IMG/VR virus record: IMGVR_UViG_3300047323_000694
Coordinates: 1-64,000 of that record
DNA: 64,000 bases
Reading direction: 5' to 3' (one strand)
Origin: a virus
This document shows positions 18,771 to 29,005 of the stretch, piece after piece. The notes beneath the pieces were generated by a model that saw only the letters and a program-made list of their open reading frames with translations, searched no databases and was not told the DNA's origin. Each line of letters begins with the position of its first letter. Position 1 is the first letter of the stretch. Position numbers and translations under genes: made by a program.

Positions 18771-19616
18771 TCAATCGGCGCCGAAACGCAGGACCGGGCG
18801 CATCTGGCAGTTGCAGTTGGGGAGTTGCCCCGGCAAGCCGCGCTCGCCGGTACGGTCATCGATCACCGGCAGGTCATCGAATCGGAAGGTCTGGCCATTC
18901 AGGTCCAGGTGCAGTTGCCGAGGTTCGGCGCCGCCACCGGAGTGCAGCCACTCAAATTCCTCGACACCGGATGCCTTCATCCGGGTGGAGTTCATAGCGC
19001 TGGTGACTTTGCGGGTCTGGTCGCGGGCAATGAACCGGGCGCGGTGCTGGGTGATGCCTGCCTGCTTATCTAGGGCCTTGGCCACATCCTCCAGGCCATT
19101 GCCGCCCGGTTGGATCGAGCGCAATACCGTGCTCTCAATGCGGGCGTGAAACTCGGCCGGGATCGACTTGATCAGCGCCACATTGCTGGCTGTGGCGGCA
19201 CGCATGGATTCGCGCAACGCAGCCGGCATGTCGGGCGTGTTCAAGGTGATACCGCCTGAAAGTGCCTTGAGCGAGTTTTTCAGGTTGTCGTAACTGGCCT
19301 TGTCGATCTGGCTGAACAGTTTGTCGATCATGCCCTTGGCCTGTTGCGCGAAGAGCCGGTTGAAGCGTTGCCGAAGGTTGGCCAGTGCGCGACGGGCTTG
19401 GGTGGCGGTACTGGCATCAAGGGTTATGGGGCCTACGCTCAAGGCCGCTTTCAGCTCGGCGCGATAGGCCTTGAGCATCTGCTCGATCAGCCGTTGCAGG
19501 GCCGCATCAAACCGCGCTGCCGGGGCTGCTGGATAAGCCAGGCGCTCGCCCTTGATCGTCGCCGCCTGGCGGTTGGACACCCACCTCTGGCGGGTCTTCA
19601 TCAGTTTTACCGGCAT
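18771..19616 (-). CDS. Head morphogenesis protein (SPP1 gp7/Mu F)
   Basis: [10 protein letters not shown] and PGQLPNC.C motifs. Confidence 0.85.
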   Translation of the reverse strand: MPVKLMKTRQRWVSNRQAATIKGERLAYPAAPAARFDAALQRLIEQMLKAYRAELKAALSVGPITLDASTATQARRALANLRQRFNRLFAQQAKGMIDKLFSQIDKASYDNLKNSLKALSGGITLNTPDMPAALRESMRAATASNVALIKSIPAEFHARIESTVLRSIQPGGNGLEDVAKALDKQAGITQHRARFIARDQTRKVTSAMNSTRMKASGVEEFEWLHSGGGAEPRQLHLDLNGQTFRFDDLPVIDDRTGERGLPGQLPNCNCQMRPVLRFGAD

Positions 19617-21012
19617 CGATCAATTCCTCTTCCAGGCCGTAATAGTCTGAATCCTTGTCTGCCGCGACCCGCCGACGAATATCCGCACCGTCGATGGCGC
19701 CGGTGTCGAACAGCACCTTGTCGGTTTCGGCCTTGGTCTTGTTGAGGCTGGTCCACTGTTCTGCGGTCGGGCTGTCCAGCGGCCGCCAGTCCACGGAGGT
19801 CTGGATGGGCGCGATGTTTAGCCTGGGCGCAACGTCCGAGCGCATCACCAGGGCGTGATGCCGTTCGAGCAACGGCGTCAGGTCGTTGGTCTGGATGCTT
19901 TCCAGCTCCTCGCGGTAGCTCGCCTCTTCGTAATTACCCGTGGGATTGAAGCCTTTGGGCGTGGTGCCCAGCAGCTTGGTCGCGGGCACGTTGGCAATCG
20001 CTGCCACCAGCTGGTATTGGCTCATGATCACTGCGTCGAGGTCGGCCAGACTGGTATCGATCTGCGAAACCGTATCATCCGGGCCAATGGTCCAGACGCC
20101 GAAGTTATCGCGGTTCTCGATCACGCCCTGCAGAACTTCGGCGACCTTCTCCGGGTTGCCCAGGGCGGCGTCGGGCACCTTGAAAGTGGTCAGGCGCTTG
20201 GTCATGGCCAGTTGCGGCGCCTCATTGGCAGTACGTTCAGCCGCATAGACCCGCTCGTAGATCCGTTGCGGCACGCTGACACCGCCGTACTGGTAGCCTG
20301 GCTTCAATACATCGGCTACCGGATGCGGGATGTAGATGGCCATGTGTGACCGGTGATAACGCTGACCACCGATGCGGTAAAAGCTCGGCTCGTAGAAATG
20401 CAGGCTGGCGGGGTCTTGCAAGGCACTTGCGTCCAGCTCCGGGGTGATCCAGTACGGATCAACCTGGGTAATGCCCAGATAGCTACCCGGTGTCACACCG
20501 TCCAGATTGAACGGTTTCTCGTAGTATTCAGGGTCGGTGCTCTGCACCTTGAACAGCGCAATGCGAATGCCGAACACGCGGCCCATATGGATGAACTCGC
20601 GCATGGTCGCGTTGATGCCCCGGCGCTTGTCGGCCTTCTTGATCAGCTCGATGGCCTCGGGGTTGTCACCGTTGATCTCGTAGCCTTGGCGGATGGCATC
20701 ACGGCCAGTCATGGAACAGGCCTTATCCGCCAGCCAATGCTGGGCGATCAGCGCGCACGCGGCATAACCGATGAAACCCTGGGAAGCGTACCAGCCCAGT
20801 TGCGCATCGGGGATCTGCGTACCGGCCATGCCCGGTTTCAAGACTGGTGCGTTGTCCATGGCAGATCCGCAGGCCGTCGGCAGCTTGAATGCCACCTGCA
20901 TCACCTGGGCGGCGGATGGCCGGGTGACCAGCGGCCCCAGGTCCGTGGAGAACACACTGGCCGCACCGGCAGGCGGCGACGGCGCCTTGTCCTTTCGATC
21001 AAATGGCCACAT
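19507..21012 (-). CDS. Portal protein (DUF1073)
   Basis: VP.TKLLG..PKGFN.TG motif; follows terminase. Confidence 0.85.
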   Translation of the reverse strand: MWPFDRKDKAPSPPAGAASVFSTDLGPLVTRPSAAQVMQVAFKLPTACGSAMDNAPVLKPGMAGTQIPDAQLGWYASQGFIGYAACALIAQHWLADKACSMTGRDAIRQGYEINGDNPEAIELIKKADKRRGINATMREFIHMGRVFGIRIALFKVQSTDPEYYEKPFNLDGVTPGSYLGITQVDPYWITPELDASALQDPASLHFYEPSFYRIGGQRYHRSHMAIYIPHPVADVLKPGYQYGGVSVPQRIYERVYAAERTANEAPQLAMTKRLTTFKVPDAALGNPEKVAEVLQGVIENRDNFGVWTIGPDDTVSQIDTSLADLDAVIMSQYQLVAAIANVPATKLLGTTPKGFNPTGNYEEASYREELESIQTNDLTPLLERHHALVMRSDVAPRLNIAPIQTSVDWRPLDSPTAEQWTSLNKTKAETDKVLFDTGAIDGADIRRRVAADKDSDYYGLEEELIDAGKTDEDPPEVGVQPPGGDDQGRAPGLSSSPGSAV

Positions 21013-21022
21013 GCCCTAACCC

Positions 21023-22252
21023 TTAACTGAAAATACTGCGCTTGCGCTTCATCAGCGGCTCCAGCGCGTAACGGATGGCGTCGATGTAATGGTTGAAGGC
21101 ATCGACGATGATCGGCAGCACATCGCCGGTCAGGCGATCGACCTTGTAGGTGTACTCGAGGAATTCCTGCTGCACCTCGACACAGCGGGTGTGAATGACG
21201 ACCTCGGCGTAACTCTTGATGTGCTCGATGCCGTCCTCGACACTGCCCTTGCCCTTCTCACAGGGCACAATCAGCGGCAGGTGCTTGCGCTTGCCATGCT
21301 TGTCGGGACGCTTCAGATAGCTGATGGACTCGGGCCGGGCGTTGTCGGCGCGCAAGACGTAGCGCTCAATGCCAGGAATCCCCTGGGCCAGGTAATCCGC
21401 CGTCTCGTCCAGTTCCAGGCCGACCTTCCCAGCTTCGCGCTCGATATACAGGGTGTCGTTGTTCACCCAGCAGCGCACACCAGCGGTGGGGTCGTTGGCG
21501 AATCCAAAGTCCAGCCCGTGATAAGGGCCGTCCCAGTCCGCCGCCGGTGTGAAGTCGGCTACCCGCCACTTGCCGAGGAAGATCGCTGCCTTGCTCTGCT
21601 TGAGATAAGCGCCCTTCCAGATATGCCGGTAGGTTTCCGGGTCAAGGGTGCGCTGCTGATGCTGGCGCTGCTCCTCGAGCACTTGGGTAAACCACGGGTT
21701 GTCGGTGTAGTTCAGCTCGACAATCGCCGAGCGCGGCGGCGGATTCTTGATGAAACGCTGATCCACCGGGCTGCCGTCCAACCGGGGATTCCAGATCACC
21801 CAGATTTCAGACTTGTCGGCACGGATGGTCGGCTCCAACGCTTGCCACGACGCCTCGGGAACGTCCTCGGCTTCCTCGACAATGCACAGATCAATCTGCG
21901 CCGTGGACTTCACCGAGCCGATATTGTGGCGCAGGCCCTTGAAGATGAATTCCGTGCCGTTGTGCCCGCGCAGGTAATCGATACCGACGTCATAGGCGGC
22001 AGCCAGCCAGGGCTCAGAGGCAATGGCGTTTTTCAACTCGGCGTGGAATGACTCCTTGATCGAGTCCTGCAGTTCCCGTGTACAGAGAATCCGCAGCGGC
22101 TCGACCACACCCCAGATCGCCGCCATCTTGGCGAAGTTGAACGACTTGCCCGACCCCCTGCCGCCATGGGCACCGCGATAGCGCAATGAACCTCGGGGTT
22201 TGGCAAAGACGGGGATCAGCTTGGGTGGCAGCTCAATCCTGGCCGTCGACAT
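21023..22252 (-). CDS. PBSX-family terminase large subunit
   Basis: GGRGSGKS Walker A, VEEAE, WNP, GLDFGF and NHYIDAIRY motifs. Confidence 0.95.
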   Translation of the reverse strand: MSTARIELPPKLIPVFAKPRGSLRYRGAHGGRGSGKSFNFAKMAAIWGVVEPLRILCTRELQDSIKESFHAELKNAIASEPWLAAAYDVGIDYLRGHNGTEFIFKGLRHNIGSVKSTAQIDLCIVEEAEDVPEASWQALEPTIRADKSEIWVIWNPRLDGSPVDQRFIKNPPPRSAIVELNYTDNPWFTQVLEEQRQHQQRTLDPETYRHIWKGAYLKQSKAAIFLGKWRVADFTPAADWDGPYHGLDFGFANDPTAGVRCWVNNDTLYIEREAGKVGLELDETADYLAQGIPGIERYVLRADNARPESISYLKRPDKHGKRKHLPLIVPCEKGKGSVEDGIEHIKSYAEVVIHTRCVEVQQEFLEYTYKVDRLTGDVLPIIVDAFNHYIDAIRYALEPLMKRKRSIFS

Positions 22253-22709
22253 TCGGCGCCACCAATTCAATGCGGGTCGGCATCGGCGTCATCGACCGGT
22301 CGGAGCTGGTGTGGTCCTGCTTGTCGGCCAGGCCCAGGTCGCGGGCGATGATGTTCGGGTTCAGCAAGTCAGCGGCGGCACCGGTGAACTTCTGCTCGTA
22401 CATCACGCTTTCTGCCCGCGTAGTGATAGGAATTAAATCTTCCCGCTCACGGAACGTGCGCCAGGTTCGCTCCTCGATTTCAAGGAACAGACATAGGCCA
22501 CCGATAGTCATGGCGCGCATCTTGGCGACCTTTTCCTGGGTGACCACACCCTGATAGGCGAATGGCTTCACCTCCCACAGCGGGTTGTCCTCCACCCACT
22601 GAAAATACTCGCAGCAGGCTTCCCACAATGCCTTGGGCGTCTCGAACATCGGGGGCCTGCCGTGTCGGGTTCTGGCCTTCCAGAATTGATTGCCTTTCGG
22701 GGCGGCCAT
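22233..22709 (-). CDS. Terminase small subunit (P22 gp3/Sf6-like)
   Basis: [10 protein letters not shown] and [11 protein letters not shown] motifs. Confidence 0.9.
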   Translation of the reverse strand: MAAPKGNQFWKARTRHGRPPMFETPKALWEACCEYFQWVEDNPLWEVKPFAYQGVVTQEKVAKMRAMTIGGLCLFLEIEERTWRTFREREDLIPITTRAESVMYEQKFTGAAADLLNPNIIARDLGLADKQDHTSSDRSMTPMPTRIELVAPNVDGQD

Positions 22710-22784
22710 TGTCGTTACTCCACAAACAAAAAAACCGCACTCGGCGGCTTCAACTCAATGTGTATGGCTACCCCGACCTGCGCA

Positions 22785-23267
22785 TCACGCAGGAGGAATG
22801 GCAGCAATCTGTCGCTTGATTTCGTCACTGATGACCTTGGCCGACCACAGGCTGGCCACGGTATCGGTACCGGCCTGAAGCTTGACCGCATCACCGGCAG
22901 GCGCCGCCGTGGGAATGGTCGGCTTCTCGGTCAGGTCGTTATAACTGCCGGTGAAACTGGACGTTCCGGCGCCGATTGCGGTACGTGCTGCAGCAGCATC
23001 AGCGCCGGTCAGCACGGCCTTACCAGTTGCCGTCGCATCGGTGATGTCATCCGCCGTGATCTCATCAGGACCACCGCCGCCCCCACCGCCATCCGGGCTG
23101 CCCTTCACCACCGCCTGCATCAGACGAAAGCTTTTGCTCACCTGCTGCAAGGTGATACAGACCGGCGCGCCGTAGGGCTGCCAGCCATCGGCAATACCCT
23201 CATTCAAGCGTGTGGCGAGTTCTTCAGGGCTGTCAGCTGTGATCGTGGAATAGTCGGTGTAAGCCAT
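22785..23267 (-). CDS. DUF1737-domain protein with Gly linker and fiber-like motif
   Basis: I.DGWQPYGAP, GGGGGG and DATATGKAVL..DAAAARTAIGAGTS segments. Confidence 0.6.
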   Translation of the reverse strand: MAYTDYSTITADSPEELATRLNEGIADGWQPYGAPVCITLQQVSKSFRLMQAVVKGSPDGGGGGGGPDEITADDITDATATGKAVLTGADAAAARTAIGAGTSSFTGSYNDLTEKPTIPTAAPAGDAVKLQAGTDTVASLWSAKVISDEIKRQIAAIPPA

Positions 23268-23293
23268 GGTCTGGGCCTCCGCAGGGTATGGAA

Positions 23294-23629
23294 TCAAGGG
23301 TTGGAATCGCGTTTGGGCAACTTCAGGTCAGCGAAGCGATCCGCCAGGGTGGCGATCTTCTTCATACCCAGGGCACCCACAAACGCCCCGAGCGCCGCTG
23401 CCATGTTCTGTGGCAAATCGAAGTACTCGAGCAGTGGAAATGCCCCGGCGGTGATCAGCGCGCACAGGCAGGCCTCAAGGACCACCTGCCGACGGGCACC
23501 GCCGCCGTAGATGATGCGCAAGGCACCCACAGCACCGGAAAGCGCGGCGGCATACAGGACGTGGGAATGTTGGTTCAACCATGCGAGCAGGGCTGACCAG
23601 GTGTCTGGTTTTTCGGGCATATCAGCCAT
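23294..23629 (-). CDS. Lambda-family holin
   Basis: MPEKPDTW..LRIIYGG; three TM segments; downstream of Q. Confidence 0.85.
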   Translation of the reverse strand: MADMPEKPDTWSALLAWLNQHSHVLYAAALSGAVGALRIIYGGGARRQVVLEACLCALITAGAFPLLEYFDLPQNMAAALGAFVGALGMKKIATLADRFADLKLPKRDSNP

Positions 23630-23720
23630 CTCAAATCCCCAACGGGACAACAACAGGGTGGTAGGACAGCTTTTCGTAGAAACATCAGGAAAAAATGGCT
23701 TGGTTGTAACGTCAAAAAAA

Positions 23721-23749
23721 TATAAGTAAAAATACGTGCATTACTTATA
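23721..23749. promoter_or_regulatory. Inverted-repeat operator of the TA operon
   Basis: TATAAGTAA-N11-TTACTTATA upstream of the toxin. Confidence 0.6.
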
Positions 23750-23768
23750 AAAGACCTATATTTTCCAC

Positions 23769-24023
23769 ATGAACACGATCAACTGGACCAGGAAAGCCGT
23801 TAAGCAACTCCTGAAGCTGCATACCCAGCATCAAGTGCAGGTTCGTGATGCGGTGACCCAGCTCGGCGCTATGCCAGACGTCGGTAACATCAAAGCCCTG
23901 ACTGGGCATGCATACGGGTACCGGCTGCGAGTGGGCAATTACCGCGTTCTGTTCGACTGGGACGGCGCCGTCAAAATCATCAGCATTCAAGAGGTGAGGA
24001 AACGCGATGAGCGCACCTACTGA
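23769..24023 (+). CDS. higB: RelE/HigB-family toxin
   Basis: IKALTG..YRLRVGNYRVLF motif; toxin-first gene order. Confidence 0.85.
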   Translation: MNTINWTRKAVKQLLKLHTQHQVQVRDAVTQLGAMPDVGNIKALTGHAYGYRLRVGNYRVLFDWDGAVKIISIQEVRKRDERTY

Positions 24024-24333
24024 CATTCAAATCATCAACGGGACAGACGGAAAACCGGCCTTCGTGGTCATCCCCTACGCGCAATACATCGCGCAGAACA
24101 ACAACCATGCCGACCTGATCCCACACGAAGTGGTCAGCCGCATCGTTGACGGCGCATCCCCTATTCGCGCATGGCGCGAACACCTGGGCTTGACGCAGGA
24201 GGATGTGGCCAAACGCATGGGCATCAGCCAACCGGCTTACGCCCAACAGGAAACCGTCGCCAAACCACGTAGGGCCACGCGGGAGAAAATCGCGGCGGCG
24301 TTTGGGATAGGCCCGGATCAGTTAGAACTGTGA
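24007..24333 (+). CDS. higA: HigA-like HTH antitoxin
   Basis: GKPAFVVIPY plus XRE HTH (LGLTQEDVAKRMGISQPAYAQQE). Confidence 0.85.
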   Translation: MSAPTDIQIINGTDGKPAFVVIPYAQYIAQNNNHADLIPHEVVSRIVDGASPIRAWREHLGLTQEDVAKRMGISQPAYAQQETVAKPRRATREKIAAAFGIGPDQLEL

Positions 24334-24368
24334 GTGGTCAATCACTTGGATCAGAGATGAGGTGACGC

Positions 24369-24397
24369 TTGACAAATAGGCCCATTGGGCCTAATAT
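24369..24397 (+). promoter_or_regulatory. Sigma70 promoter containing a palindromic operator
   Basis: TTGACA-17 bp-TAATAT with TAGGCCCATTGGGCCTA at 24377-24393. Confidence 0.75.
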
Positions 24398-24452
24398 TAC
24401 ACATATGGGAAGCGCATAACGCCCGGCCCGACAGCCCCTAAGGGAAGAACAT

Positions 24453-24671
24453 ATGAGCAACGAAATGACCACCGCCGAACTCGAAAAGATTCACTCCGAG
24501 ATTGCAAAGCTGATGGCCGAAACCAGCAAGCTGAACGCGGAAACCAGCAAGCTTCGCTCCGAAGAACGCAAGCTCAGCCGCGAAGCACTTTGGTATCCGC
24601 TGGCGATGGGATCAGGCCTTGTTGGCGCTACAGCCGCCGCCACACTCGCCCTTAGTAGATACCTCTCCTAA
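24453..24671 (+). CDS. Small coiled-coil protein with C-terminal TM helix
   Basis: AETSKL heptad repeat, then WYP and a hydrophobic tail. Confidence 0.75.
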   Translation: MSNEMTTAELEKIHSEIAKLMAETSKLNAETSKLRSEERKLSREALWYPLAMGSGLVGATAAATLALSRYLS

Positions 24672-24711
24672 TCCAAAGGCCCCGCGAAAGCGGGGCTTCT
24701 CATAGGTCAAT

Positions 24712-24990
24712 ATGAAAATCATCAAACACTACGCGCCGCCCAGCACCATCGACCTTGAAGCCCTGAAAACCCGGCTGAACAAAACCGGCAACGACATGGC
24801 CAATATCGCGGGGCTGTCCGATGGTCGCCAGTGGCGCAAGTACACAGGCGGCGCAAGCCCTCGGGAGGTCAGCGTACAGATGCTGTTTTTCATTGCTGCC
24901 CGGCTGACGCTGCCGGAGGAGCAGCTTGAGGCGCTGTACGGGGAGATGCGGGCAATGGGGGCTGAGCTGGACGTTGAAGATCAAGCCTGA
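24712..24990 (+). CDS. KorC-like HTH repressor
   Basis: PP..L..L..TG..MA.IAGL..RQWRKYTG resembles the KorC/XRE HTH. Confidence 0.6.
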   Translation: MKIIKHYAPPSTIDLEALKTRLNKTGNDMANIAGLSDGRQWRKYTGGASPREVSVQMLFFIAARLTLPEEQLEALYGEMRAMGAELDVEDQA

Positions 24991-25142
24991 CGGGATGCAA
25001 AGGTGCGTACCACGCCCCTCCAGCAAAAATTTAATGCATGCGTAAGCAAGTGAGTCGAGATGTGGAGACTATCCATAGATGTGGCGCGATGCCATTATAG
25101 ACAATAGACACTCCCACTCGCATAGGTTGTTAGCAGGTACGC

Positions 25143-25817
25143 ATGAAGAGCATCAACTCCCTGGTATTAGACGGCTTTGGAATATGGGCTCTACCAGTCT
25201 CAGTAGTTCTTATAAGCTATGCAAAACACCTCAAACAAGGCTTGCTCAGAATTATTCTGATCATAGCTTTGATGTTCTTTACGGAATACTCCTGCGGCAG
25301 AGCAATTACCTTTTACCGAGGGTACGGAACCGGAGAAGAATTCAATACAATTTTATTAATAACATCCAGCTACAACACTTTATTTGGTTTAGCCATGTTC
25401 CTGTGGTTGACGATGTCATTAGTAATTGACATCTACCATGACCTAAAAATTTGGCTTAGCAGCGCAAAAAAAATTAAAACCACACTTGCTGACATTAAGA
25501 TGATATTTGATGGCGGCAAGCAAATAGGTATGGGCCTAGCCATCGCGCTCTCCCTGCCCTTGATACAGGCGCCGATGAAGGAGGAGCTGGAATGGGAGGA
25601 TGGTACTATTGGATCCGTTAACTGTCTTTACGTACTAGTCACTGTTTATCTAATAATCTTAGGCTACATATGGATAGGATTCAGCTTTAAGTCGAAGCCA
25701 TCCTCCAAAACCCTTCACGGAGCAAGCTTATTAACATTTGGCGTCATAACAGCTACTATCCTGTACTACATCATAAAAACACATTATAAAGATATAAACT
25801 TCAATCCTTGGAATTAA
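25143..25817 (+). CDS. AT-rich polytopic membrane protein (moron)
   Basis: About six hydrophobic segments; low GC; opposite strand to the late genes. Confidence 0.7.
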   Translation: MKSINSLVLDGFGIWALPVSVVLISYAKHLKQGLLRIILIIALMFFTEYSCGRAITFYRGYGTGEEFNTILLITSSYNTLFGLAMFLWLTMSLVIDIYHDLKIWLSSAKKIKTTLADIKMIFDGGKQIGMGLAIALSLPLIQAPMKEELEWEDGTIGSVNCLYVLVTVYLIILGYIWIGFSFKSKPSSKTLHGASLLTFGVITATILYYIIKTHYKDINFNPWN

Positions 25818-26002
25818 AATTAAAGTTTTTACAAAAGAACCTAATCGCTATTAGCTCTACGGCGACTCAGCCTTGTAACCCAATTGGCAAATTCGTTCCT
25901 CAACAAAAAACCCAGCTTTTAGGGCTGGGTTTCAGCTTCTTCCTATAACAAGCGCAGGAATGACAGGATGGATAGAATTCTGGCTCACTGGCTCACCACC
26001 CG

Positions 26003-26545
26003 TCAAGCCACTTCCGAAACCAGAAGCCCTTCCGCCTCAAGCATATGCTGCGCCTCGATCAACGCCTCATTGACGCCGCTCTCCAGATCCTTGCGAATAT
26101 CGCGACGCCACCGCTCCTGCGTTTTCACCGGGTGCGGCTCGTCGCTCCAGTTGTCCATGTGATACCAGCCGGCAGGCAGCACTTGAGTAGAACGCTTGCC
26201 CTCGGTACCAGCCAATTTAGGCAACGCCCAAGTCACTACCGCGCAATGCCGGAAGCGCTCCGGCGCCGGTGAGCGTACCTGCTTGGCCAGCTCGGCAATG
26301 GCTGCGTGCTTGCGCTCAGTATGCGTTGAATACTTCGCCACCAATGCCCGCCAGTGCGCCGGGGCGAGCCCCTTATGCAGCCGCCCGAACACCCAGCAGT
26401 CGGCCAGGAAGGCCGCCTGTTTGCCACCCACTCCGGGCTGGCTGGTGCATTGCACTCTGGGCTGAAAATCACACCCGCCTGCGCTGTTGATTGTCTCGGC
26501 AGCCAGAGCACGAACCACCGCCGCCACCACGTTTCGATAGGTCAT
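26003..26545 (-). CDS. Late antiterminator Q-like protein
   Basis: Last gene of the nin-like region, followed by a hairpin and the lysis/late operon; C-terminal HTH-like segment. Confidence 0.55.
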   Translation of the reverse strand: MTYRNVVAAVVRALAAETINSAGGCDFQPRVQCTSQPGVGGKQAAFLADCWVFGRLHKGLAPAHWRALVAKYSTHTERKHAAIAELAKQVRSPAPERFRHCAVVTWALPKLAGTEGKRSTQVLPAGWYHMDNWSDEPHPVKTQERWRRDIRKDLESGVNEALIEAQHMLEAEGLLVSEVA

Positions 26546-26588
26546 CAAACGCCCCTCCTGCATTCAAAATTTTTATCATCCAGCCTGC

Positions 26589-26888
26589 TCATGCGGCGCC
26601 CTGCCCTTCACGGATCAAAATGGCCTGGGTCCGCATAACTGCCTCGGCGTGGTAGTACCGGGCAAGGTCTGTATCGATTGTGCGGGTTCGCCGATCGACC
26701 TCGTCATGGCAGGCGCTGCACGCCCATGCGCCCTGAAAATCGTTGGGTTTGAATCCAGTACCGCAGGTACCGGCCATTCGGTAGTGGGCGAGCACAGTGG
26801 TCTCCGGGTTGCCGTTGCAGATGCCTGGAATACGCACCTGACACTCCCTGCCCCTGGCGGCCCTGGTCAATCGGGTTTGCCTGACCAT
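26589..26888 (-). CDS. DUF1364 (YbcO-like) nuclease
   Basis: ARGRECQVRIPGICNGNPETTVLAH and ACSACHD motifs. Confidence 0.85.
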   Translation of the reverse strand: MVRQTRLTRAARGRECQVRIPGICNGNPETTVLAHYRMAGTCGTGFKPNDFQGAWACSACHDEVDRRTRTIDTDLARYYHAEAVMRTQAILIREGQGAA

Positions 26889-27475
26889 CACGCAAAGCCC
26901 CCCATCTGCTCCGCCGCGTTCAGGGCGTCGTGCTCGGTCTCGAAGTGCGCCGACAGCACCAGTCGCCAGCAGGCGTTGAAGACGTCGCGATACAGCGGCT
27001 CGAACGCCGACTCGTCCATGTGCGCCCAACTGATCGACTTGGCTTCCTTGCGGATCCCCTCGGGCGTTTGGACCAGGTGGAAATGCCCGGCCTCGATGGT
27101 CACCCACTCCCGAAACGCCTCGCGGCTCTTCTCGACAACGGGATAGCGCTGGGCCCGGGCCTGTTCCAAGCCTTCGATGTACGCCGCCACCGCCTGGGAC
27201 AGTTGCCCCGGCTTGCCGCTTTGCGCCTCGAAGTACCGCGCCAGCCCACGGATGCCACGCAGTTCCTGACGCGGTACCAGGCCGCCGACCGGCTCCCAGT
27301 AATCCCAAGCCAGATCGAGCATGGCGAAGAACTTGCCGTGAAAACGCGGGTTACGCATCCGGGCGAATTTGCCGTGAATCACCTGGCCCAACTTCCATTT
27401 CTGGCACTGCTCGCGGTCTGCCTCGGTGGCCGGCACCAGACCTTGCGGCGTGCGAATCAACGCGACCTCAGCCAT
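26888..27475 (-). CDS. DUF1367-family protein
   Basis: RNPRFH.KFFA.L, AFREWV..EAG and KSISWA.MD motifs. Confidence 0.8.
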   Translation of the reverse strand: MAEVALIRTPQGLVPATEADREQCQKWKLGQVIHGKFARMRNPRFHGKFFAMLDLAWDYWEPVGGLVPRQELRGIRGLARYFEAQSGKPGQLSQAVAAYIEGLEQARAQRYPVVEKSREAFREWVTIEAGHFHLVQTPEGIRKEAKSISWAHMDESAFEPLYRDVFNACWRLVLSAHFETEHDALNAAEQMGGFA

Positions 27476-28208
27476 GGTTCACCCCCCTTCCACGATCCCG
27501 CCGGATGTTGAGCGTTGCCAGCAACATGGCGCGGGCCGACGTCGGATTCGCGGGAATGCCCTGCGCATGCACCAGTGCCTCGGCCTGCTTGTGGGAGTGT
27601 TCGAGCTGAATCTGCTCTCGCGGGCGAGCGCTGTCGTGACCAATGCCATGGGCAATGCGACCATCCAACGGCTGCCCGTTCTGCGCACGACGGATGACAA
27701 TGGCGTAATTGCGCTCGAAGCGCTGGCGCAACGCCTTGTCACCGTCATGGGCGGTTTTCAGGTCGAACAGGCTGGTGGCTTCGGCGGCAATGCGTACGCC
27801 GTGATGGGTGTAACTGCCCATCAGCGCCTCCAGCCAAGCGTCAGCCTCGTCGGGCAGCCCCATGTCGGCGGGCGTTGGTGCACACCACGCGACGAACGTG
27901 CCGACACTGGGGATGAAATCCTTGGCCGACTTGCGCGCAGCCCGAAAACCGAAGGCCAGTTGGGTGTCCGAATCAATTCCGCCCTGGATAAACCCGGCGA
28001 TCCATTCGCGCTTGGCGGCCTGCAGCGCCAGGTCATCCGGCCATGCCACGCGCCATGCCGGGAAAATCCCCATGAGCTTGGTGAATACGGTGTTGACCAG
28101 CCGTGCGGTTTGTTCGTCGACCTTGATCGGTGCCATCTCGAAGGGCGTCGGTACCGGCATGGCCGATTCCCGGGTAAGGGTGCGGGTAATTGCGCTGATT
28201 TTTCTCAC
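27468..28208 (-). CDS. Replication protein P-like helicase loader
   Basis: IFPAWR..AKREW and F.PSVG.FVAWC motifs. Confidence 0.8.
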   Translation of the reverse strand: MRKISAITRTLTRESAMPVPTPFEMAPIKVDEQTARLVNTVFTKLMGIFPAWRVAWPDDLALQAAKREWIAGFIQGGIDSDTQLAFGFRAARKSAKDFIPSVGTFVAWCAPTPADMGLPDEADAWLEALMGSYTHHGVRIAAEATSLFDLKTAHDGDKALRQRFERNYAIVIRRAQNGQPLDGRIAHGIGHDSARPREQIQLEHSHKQAEALVHAQGIPANPTSARAMLLATLNIRRDRGRGVNHG

Positions 28209-29002
28209 AGGATTTGCTCCTCAGCCCAGGAAATGTCGTTGAAGTCAGGTGCGCGAGTTCCCGTCCTTGGCGGGCCCGTCAGCCTGCGGTTGGCGTCCTC
28301 CTGGGCCTTGAGCATCCAGGTTCGCCACGTGGCCTCCCAGTCGGCCTTGGTGCCGCCGCTACCGCGCCAGTAGTTCACGAATTTCTCGGATTCCAGCGTC
28401 AGGTTCACGGCTGGCGCCCGGTCCGACGCCCACAGGCGCATGTCGCCGGTGACGTTGAACGGATCAGGCAAACGGGATTTTGATTTGCGCTTGGGCACCG
28501 GCTTGCCCGGTGTGTCGGGGGGATCTTCGCTTGGCGATTCGTCAAGCGCTGGGGGACTAAGGGGGTATATATCTTCTTCTGTATCTGTATCTTTATTCGT
28601 TGAATTTCGTTGCAACGGAATTTCAACGGTCGTTGAACGGTCGTTGGTTTCCCGTTGGCCTTGCGCTAGCTTTCTGTTCTTTTTCGCCTCGGCAGAGGCC
28701 TTCCCGGCATCACTTTTCTGTTTCTTCGAGGAGTGCACCAGCTCAAGGTCACGCTCGATACGTTCGTGCGTCCACATCTCGCCGTCATCGTTGAAAAACT
28801 CTTTCAACGAAGCTTCAACGGAAATCCAACGGTCGTTGGAAAGCCGCGCAATCCGGGCCAATCGCGAAGTGGGAATCGGCTTGCCGGTCTGCCAATAATT
28901 GAAAATCAGCAGGAGATAGGCGCCATGCTCCTCGGTGGTCAGGTGCATGGTGTCGGCCAGGTAATCGGCGACATACAGTTGAATGTACGGGAGAGCGGCC
29001 AT
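28205..29002 (-). CDS. Replication initiator (YdaU/DUF1376 family)
   Basis: YVADYLADTMHL..EHGAYLLL; C-terminal KADW.ATWR.W. Confidence 0.85.
   Translation of the reverse strand: MAALPYIQLYVADYLADTMHLTTEEHGAYLLLIFNYWQTGKPIPTSRLARIARLSNDRWISVEASLKEFFNDDGEMWTHERIERDLELVHSSKKQKSDAGKASAEAKKNRKLAQGQRETNDRSTTVEIPLQRNSTNKDTDTEEDIYPLSPPALDESPSEDPPDTPGKPVPKRKSKSRLPDPFNVTGDMRLWASDRAPAVNLTLESEKFVNYWRGSGGTKADWEATWRTWMLKAQEDANRRLTGPPRTGTRAPDFNDISWAEEQIL
28598..28840. repeat. Putative replication-origin iterons (CAACGG/CGTTG clusters)
   Basis: Clusters at about 28598-28647 and 28802-28840 inside the initiator gene, next to an AT-rich tract. Confidence 0.6.
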
Positions 29003-29005
29003 GGC

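Noticed and set aside
19507-21012. Anti-CBASS Acb1 (a label sometimes attached to DUF1073 proteins)
   Set aside because: Size, motifs and position after terminase indicate a portal
3624-22051. Long plus-strand ORFs opposite the structural genes (e.g. 3624-4631, 4628-5773, 15402-16424, 17038-18162, 21089-22051)
   Set aside because: Antisense shadows of GC-rich coding sequence with no recognisable motifs
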